Source: a bacterium
Lineage (GTDB): Bacteria > SAR324 > NAC60-12
DNA: 24,508 nucleotides
NCBI GenBank assembly: GCA_965233585.1
Contig: CBDDTI010000411.1
Span: 1-24,508 of the forward strand
Reading direction: 5' to 3'
A program made the translations under genes and the position numbers. Shown here in pieces: positions 18,491 through 24,508 of the stretch; the stretch's first letter is position 1; the number at the start of each line of letters is the position of its first letter. Below the pieces are notes generated by a model. That model searched no databases and was not told the origin of the DNA. It saw nothing but the letters and a program-made list of their open reading frames with translations.

Positions 18491-19085
18491 TCACAATTTA
18501 ATGGTACTTGAGCAAATCCAAATAAATAAAAATTTTGGAGTTAAACAAGTGCCAAAAAAGTATGAAGATTAGATGTTAACATTTTCGGAGTGAAGTAGTT
18601 GCTCACAATTTTGTAACTTTTATGTGGATTCAAATATTAAAATTAAAGATTTAAATCGCGCACAAAAGTTAAAAAAGTGTAAGACGTTGATCTTGATGAT
18701 GAAATGTGATGAAGGTTGACTGTGATTTAACGATGTTTATGCTAAATAATTGCTCACAATTTAATTACTCTTGTGGCGAGTGTCATATATGATAAAACAT
18801 TATGAGACCCGTACAAGAGTAAAAAAAGCATGAGATGATAAGCAGTGTCCGGATTTTAGAGTTGAGTAATAGCTCACAATTTTAATGCCAAATGTGACAG
18901 GTCAAATTTAATTTAAAAATTTAGACCTACACACATTTGTCAAAAAAGCATGAGAAATAAAGATGGTCTTCGGAGTTATCTTGAGTGTAGTAAAAACTCA
19001 CAATTTTAAAATAAATGTGAGAGATAAATTATAATTAAAAAATTTAACCCCTCACATTTATCAAAAAACTATGAGAAAATAGATG
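18491..19085. repeat. Five degenerate 110-150 bp repeats
   Basis: TCACAATTT at 18491, 18603, 18754, 18874 and 18998, each followed by an AAAAAAG(C/T)ATGA-like block. Confidence 0.65.
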
Positions 19086-19381
19086 TCTTGATAATTGAAA
19101 CGGTTGAAAACGACTGTGAGTTGAATTTTTAACAGGATTGGATGAAAACTTTGATACGCGCGATCAAATTTTTGTCTTATCAGAAACAACTTTGGAAATT
19201 CTTCTTTTTAAAATTTAGAGTTTGAAAAATTACATTTGAGCGGGTTTGGAGCAAAAAGGACGGAATTTTTAAACATTTTTCATTCTTAGAACCTTTCTTT
19301 GCGCTTTTAAATCGAGAACAATTTGACAATGGAGAAAAATAGATGTTGCAACAAGCCTGTAACCGACTTGTTTTCGTCTGC

Positions 19382-19669
19382 AATCGGCTTGCAACAGGCT
19401 CGATTGAGCCTGTAATCGGCTTGCAACAGGCTCGATTGAGCCTGTAATCGGCTTGCAACAGGCTCGATTGAGCCTGTAATCGGCTTGCAACAGGCTCGAT
19501 TGAGCCTGTAATCGGCTTGCAACAGGCTCGATTGAGCCTGTAATCGGCTTGCAACAGGCTCGATTGAGCCTGTAATCGGCTTGCAACAGGCTCGATTGAG
19601 CCTGTAATCGGCTTGCAACAGGCTCGATTGAGCCTGTAATCGGCTTGCAACAGGCTCGATTGAGCCTGT
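19382..19669. repeat. Nine perfect copies of a 32-bp unit (AATCGGCTTGCAACAGGCTCGATTGAGCCTGT) with an internal hairpin
   Basis: Period 32. Each unit holds ACAGGCTC-GATT-GAGCCTGT. An inverted copy of about 60 bp from 19361-19420 lies at 19703-19762. Confidence 0.95.
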
Positions 19670-19926
19670 TGCAAATTGCAGACGAAAACAGGCCGGTTGC
19701 AGGCCGATTACAGGCTCGATTGAGCCTGTTGCAAGCCGATTGCAGACGAAAACAAGCCGGTTGCAGGCCGATTACAGACGAAAACAGGCTCGATTGAGCC
19801 TGCAACAGGCTCAATGTAGATGCCATCAAGGTGGTTTGAGAGCGCTTTAAGATGGTTTTCATGCGTAAACGGATGGTTAAAAGCCCGTTTTAGACTGTTT
19901 TAAGGTGTTTTGAGAGTGTTTTGAGA

Positions 19927-19978
19927 AGAAATGTGCCTACATCAAGCTCGAAAGAGCCTGATGTAGGTACATTTCTCT
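19927..19978. other. Terminal hairpin (23-bp stem, GAAA loop) and putative right terminus
   Basis: AGAAATGTGCCTACATCAAGCTC-GAAA-GAGCCTGATGTAGGTACATTTCT pairs at 21 of 23 positions (plus one G.T and one mismatch), followed by terminal CT. Confidence 0.75.
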
Positions 19979-22139
19979 ATAACAACCTTTTCCTTTCTTT
20001 CTGCAGGAGCTGGAATCGTGTGGGCCGGTCTTTTCTGACGGGGGTGCCTCGGGTGCTTCAATGGCTGGCCGGGATGCTGCTATAAGCTTGCACCTCTGAA
20101 GGGTCGGAGCAGTCGTAGGCTGTAAGATGGTAACGGGCTTCCACGGTGCCATACCCATTCCGGAGGGTGAAACGGTCGGCGGAGAGAACGGAGAGGAGTC
20201 CTATCAGGGATCCTAGAGTGGTGCTCCGATGGATGCGGCTGGTGGAGGAGGTGATGACTAGTCCCAGGAGGAGAACACAGAGGTTGGCTCGGAGACCCAT
20301 GTCGGCCCGGTAGGATGGTATAAGTGTAGTCGTTGTAGAATCCGGAGCGGGCAGCAGTGGGGTACTTGGGAACGGCGACTCGGGTAGGATCGTGACGGTA
20401 ACAATCGCCCAGGGCGAGGCTGGAGTGTGGTCTGATCCTTGCGGGGTCCTCAGCACCCGTTCTTGTGTCTCCCAACTTGATTTCAATCGGCAAAACAGAG
20501 TCGTTCCTTTCCACCACGAGAGGTCAGTCACTGTGAGATCTCGGTGAGGAGAGAACAGACGAATCGATTTGTAGAAGAGAGAACTTACAAGGTCGTTTTG
20601 TTCGGATGTTACAGCGACAACAAGGTTCAAGTCACGACAATTGGGCCAATGAGACATAAAGGTGGCAACACAATTCCGATCGTGGCGAGCATGCCACAGC
20701 CAGGGTCCACGGGGAAACCACAAGATCCCTATCTCGTCACATCTGGTTCTGCCTCTTCTCTCTCCTAATCTTGGGGCGCCTAAGGGCATCACTGCTCTCC
20801 TCCAGGCGTCTCGTTCTGAGCATCGGACCTCGGGCCTGGAGTGGAGATCGATGAGGATGGACTCCTCACACTCTCTTTTCCACTCTGCTGTACAGGATTG
20901 ATTTACCCTTCTAATGGGGATCACTCTCTTCCCTCCTGTGTGGCAGAGAGCGGCCACGGTCACTTCGTCGTATGTGGCGGTGTCCACATCGTCCCATGGT
21001 TCATGCCCGGCGCCGGCAGAATCCTCATCTTCCCCAATAGCAGCCACCAGCTGTCGTTGGCCAGAGCTCTCGCCCACGAGGGGCAGGACGTTGGTGGCCT
21101 CGGCGAACCTCACTTCCCTCGGACCATTCACGGTCGCCCGAGATGATGGATACCGCGCGGGTAACCCTTCACTAAATGGAGCAGCACAAGTCCACACAAT
21201 TAACAAGCCCACGAGGCAAGGGTGGTTCGTTCCCGGAGCATTGAGACGAAACTCACACTTGGGGCAACAGTACACAAGGCGGAATTGGTTCCTCTCCGGA
21301 GTATTCGGACCAGGATCACAGTGGAGGTAACAGTACATTGAAATCACTCTCATTTCATTATCATCTACTGCCAGATTGCATGAAGCCGCGGCTGTATTCT
21401 GGATATGCCCACTTGTCAAGTGGGAGCACAAGATTATAAGTACAACACTGGGACACAGAATTGAAGTCACAAACGTAAGGGTCTCTTGGGTGATTTGATC
21501 TTTGGCACTTGGCGAAGGAATAGGGACTCCGGAGCCGCTGGAGGGTGCATCTTTCATCTCCCTGGGTAGGCGGGTTCCTTGTATCGATTCCGTGGATTCG
21601 AAGAGTCCTCCCCGTCCACAGGGGTGATCTGCGTGGGGATCGTTGTCCGCCCGGAGCCAAGGGGTGTGAGCGCGACATCCTCCCCGGAGAATCACCAACG
21701 GAAGGCCCTCTCTCTCTGTAGAGCTCCGCAGACCGTGGGCTCTGTAGTTTTGAGGCACTAGCGGCATTGGACTCCAGGCTGTGTCGAGGTGTCGTGAGTG
21801 GGAACCGATGGTGTAACAGTCCTGTGTGGTAGGCGGAGCAAGGAGTTGAGGACTACCTCCGGCTTTCAGAGGAGAATTTTGAACTAGCGGGGCCGCTCCC
21901 CCTAGAGGCACCTTCGCATCGATAATCAGGGGATCACGCCCGCAGGCAGCCCAGGCACCCACCCTTTGACAGGGCATTCGGAGAAGGGGAGTAACTCGAG
22001 CTCTTACATGCGCTTCTTCCCATGTCCTCCGGGACGTCCGACGAGGGCAGAATCCGGGGAGGCCGGCAGCGAGCGGCCGCGGGCAGGGGCACAATGGTGA
22101 CCTGCGTACAGCCCCGCGGGGTGGAGGAATGGGGTCCAT
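19979..22139 (-). pseudogene. Degraded env/viral glycoprotein-like reading frame of a GC-rich element, truncated at the Polinton junction
   Basis: Hydrophobic segments precede LTAYDCSDP...H*STRG...FQLLQKERKR, with an in-frame TGA where a Cys is expected. This resembles the YDC...C...QLLQ N-terminus of chuvirus-like/retroelement glycoproteins. The upstream part of the ORF is not recognisable. Confidence 0.45.
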
Positions 22140-24508
22140 TCCTTAGCGTTACCCCACAGCACCGGCCTTTTCTCGGGATGAAGACACCATCCCAGACGCG
22201 CCGGGGTTTTGAGCATCAGCCTTCCTAGGTCCTCCATTCTTCTTGAGAGGGCTAGGCCGTGCCTCTCTCGTAAGGGGAGGCGGTCATTGACGGTCGGCTG
22301 GGTTTTCAGGGCGGCAATTGCCGTTGGTAAATCATGCTCCGGGGGACGGGTCCGGTGGGGAAAAGGACAGTAGGGATGGACCCCCCTATCTACTGTCCTG
22401 ACTGAAAATCCAGCCCGTCGCTCCTGTGGCTGGGTCCGGCCCGGAGGTGGGGCGGCATGTCACTAGCGGACGACCCCGGGGACAAGGGTTGTGGAGGTGT
22501 GCGAACAAGGTTCTGCAAGTCCTCAGCACTGGGTTGGGGTCGACCTCGGAGGATGGAGCGCACTCTGGAGTAGAGGGTTTCTCTCCGGACTTCTTCTGAG
22601 GTGGAGGGCAGGGCAATGTCCTCCCATTGTCCGCGAGAGGTCTCCATCCGGACCACGCTGCCGGCATTCCACGGGGCAAGCGGACGAGCTATTGGGGTCA
22701 TGATTCCTCATTTAGCGCGGGGTTTCAGGAGACTCCTCCTTCTCCCGCTAGGTCCGCGTAGGTGGCGGGGTGCGCGGAGAAGTCCTTCCTCCCGCATACG
22801 GATCCTGATCAAGTCGTCTAGTAATTGGAACCGCTCCTCATAAGCGTCCAGCATTTCGGAGCAACTCCTTGGTCCGGCAAGAGTGATGTCCCGGACGGCA
22901 TCATGGGCGGAGTCCCGCATGCACGCGTTGGCGTACCGTCGGGCGGTGCGGTCAGGCCACCGTTCATGCTCGTGAAGGGTGTTTTATCCTTGGGGTGGCG
23001 CCTGTGGGATGGTTGTTTGACCTCTCTGTGAATATCCTCCAATATGGTGACCTGTTAATAAACCTCCATATTGACCTCCCTTTAAACCCCCCCATAAGGT
23101 GAATCCAATTTGTTCTTTGTTATTTTATTCAGCCCATGTTGATGGTAGTAATAAGGCATATACAAGAACTACATGACTTCACTATATGAGTACACACACA
23201 AGAATGACAAGTACACAATAAAACTAAAGGTCTTCACATGATGACTATACTTAAGAGAGTGATGGTAACTGTTGCTTTGATCTTTAATGTTGATTCTTTT
23301 CTAGGTGGAGAGGTGTGGCTTGGTTCTTTGTTCCCTGGTGTGTGTTGTTGATGACCTTGCAGTTGGCTCTAACCCATTTGCTTGGCTGGTCCAATCTAAT
23401 TGCTTGGCTGGTTCAATCTAACAGTTCTTTTACCTCTCAAGTTAACTGTATCCAGGGGAATGAACCAAAGTGTTGTCTGGCTTGTACATAACAAAGGAAC
23501 ACAAGGAACACAGGCAGGTCATCTGCCTCTTGACATATTTTAATAATCATTGATAAATATACATAATGGCAAGAGCCGGATATGAAGCATCACCCCCCTG
23601 CTAGAAAGCAGTAGAGATGAAAAGGGGAGGTTTTTTTATAAGCTGGAAAAATGATTGGGGACACTGCTTATCGATGTTGACTGGTGATTGGTTTTTGTAA
23701 TTAGTGCCGATGTGACTGCTTGGTGGGTTGGGATGGCTGACATGATGTTGTTGGCCTACAATGGTCGAAGGGCTGAGCCACCTTTTTTTGGGATAGGGCT
23801 TTCCTGAAAATTGAATAATAAATAAGTGGGGGAACACAACTTTGAATACCATGGTCAATGATTAAACAATATACACAAGTTCTAATTTGAAAAAGGTACA
23901 AATATGATCATAGATTGAAACTTATCTTTGTGGATGGATTGATGGTGTTCACATCTCTATGATTGACAGATAGTTGTTGAGCTCATGTGGCAGGGTCTTT
24001 GAGCAGGTTGCATCTCAATTGACAGAAATGAAGCAGCTGATTTGGATGAAAAAGTGCAGCGAAGTTGAATCTGGTTTAGACAGCTCCTTTGAATGAAGTG
24101 ACTCTCCCTCTAATTGGTGGTTGCTTGTGTCTTTGGATGGAAATGAAGTGAATGTTATGGGTGCTGAAGATGTTGCAGCATCAAGATGGAATTGGGTTTA
24201 GATTGCCTCTTTGCCTGTAGTAATCTTTCCTCTAATTGATGAATGTTGGTGTCTTTGGATGAAGGCAAGAAACCAGTGTTTTCAGTTGGTCAGCGGTGAT
24301 TATTTTTTGAAGCTTTGTGTGGACGCTGAAAACAGGTGGAGAGATGGCAGGAGGAGAGCTTTGAAGTAAAACATGTTTGCTTTGGTTGTGTGAACCGTTG
24401 GTTGAGAAAAAACGCGGGCGCGATTGTTTTTTTTTGTGTTGAATATGGGGAGTTGAAGTTAATCCAGGTGATGTTGCTTCTTCACAAAAAACGTGGACGT
24501 TGATGCAG

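Larger units (their letters stand above)
1..19978. mobile_element. Polinton/Maverick (adintovirus-like) endogenous virus; left end not in window
   Basis: Contains pPolB, packaging ATPase, adenain protease, MCP, minor capsid protein and rve integrase. It is AT-rich and gene-dense and ends in ...TTTCTCT (5'-AGAG on the minus strand, matching the Polinton 5'-AG...CT-3' rule) at a switch to GC-rich DNA. Confidence 0.93.

Noticed and set aside
19382..19669. CRISPR-like array of palindromic 32-bp repeats
   Set aside because: Units are directly adjacent with no unique spacers, there are no cas genes, and the context is eukaryotic viral.
19180..19862. Three minus-strand ORFs over the array
   Set aside because: They result from a stop-free tandem repeat; the same peptide cycles through all three frames.
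22004..23042. Many short GC-rich ORFs on both strands
   Set aside because: No recognisable domains; such ORFs are expected by chance at this GC content.
23045..23052. TGGTGACC as a tRNA primer-binding site
   Set aside because: The match is too short, no LTR is identifiable, and the orientation is opposite to the env-like frame.
23378..24265. 22-bp tandem duplication (23378-23421) and a diverged duplication of about 120 bp (about 24070-24265)
   Set aside because: Ordinary local duplications in flanking DNA with no intact ORF or assignable function.

Overview
Positions 1 to about 19978 hold most of a Polinton/Maverick (adintovirus-like) endogenous DNA virus in a eukaryotic genome; its left end lies outside the window. 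It encodes a protein-primed family B DNA polymerase, a packaging ATPase, an adenain-like protease, major and minor capsid proteins, core-like proteins and a retroviral-type integrase with a chromodomain. Several features are unusual. (1) An adjacent TBP + TFIIB pair sits within the virion gene block. (2) The polymerase is split by five GT-AG introns whose removal rebuilds the conserved motifs, and the 2.26 kb fifth intron contains antisense ORFs. (3) The putative terminal protein is a separate gene and the polymerase vOTU-like Cys appears lost, as in adenoviruses. (4) The minor capsid protein is tandemly duplicated. (5) The right end carries a palindromic 32-nt array and a 23-bp terminal hairpin. 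The element abuts, and appears to truncate, a degraded GC-rich env/glycoprotein-like sequence (about 19979-23040). The last 1.4 kb has no feature I can assign. All family calls come from motif recognition; no database searches were run.
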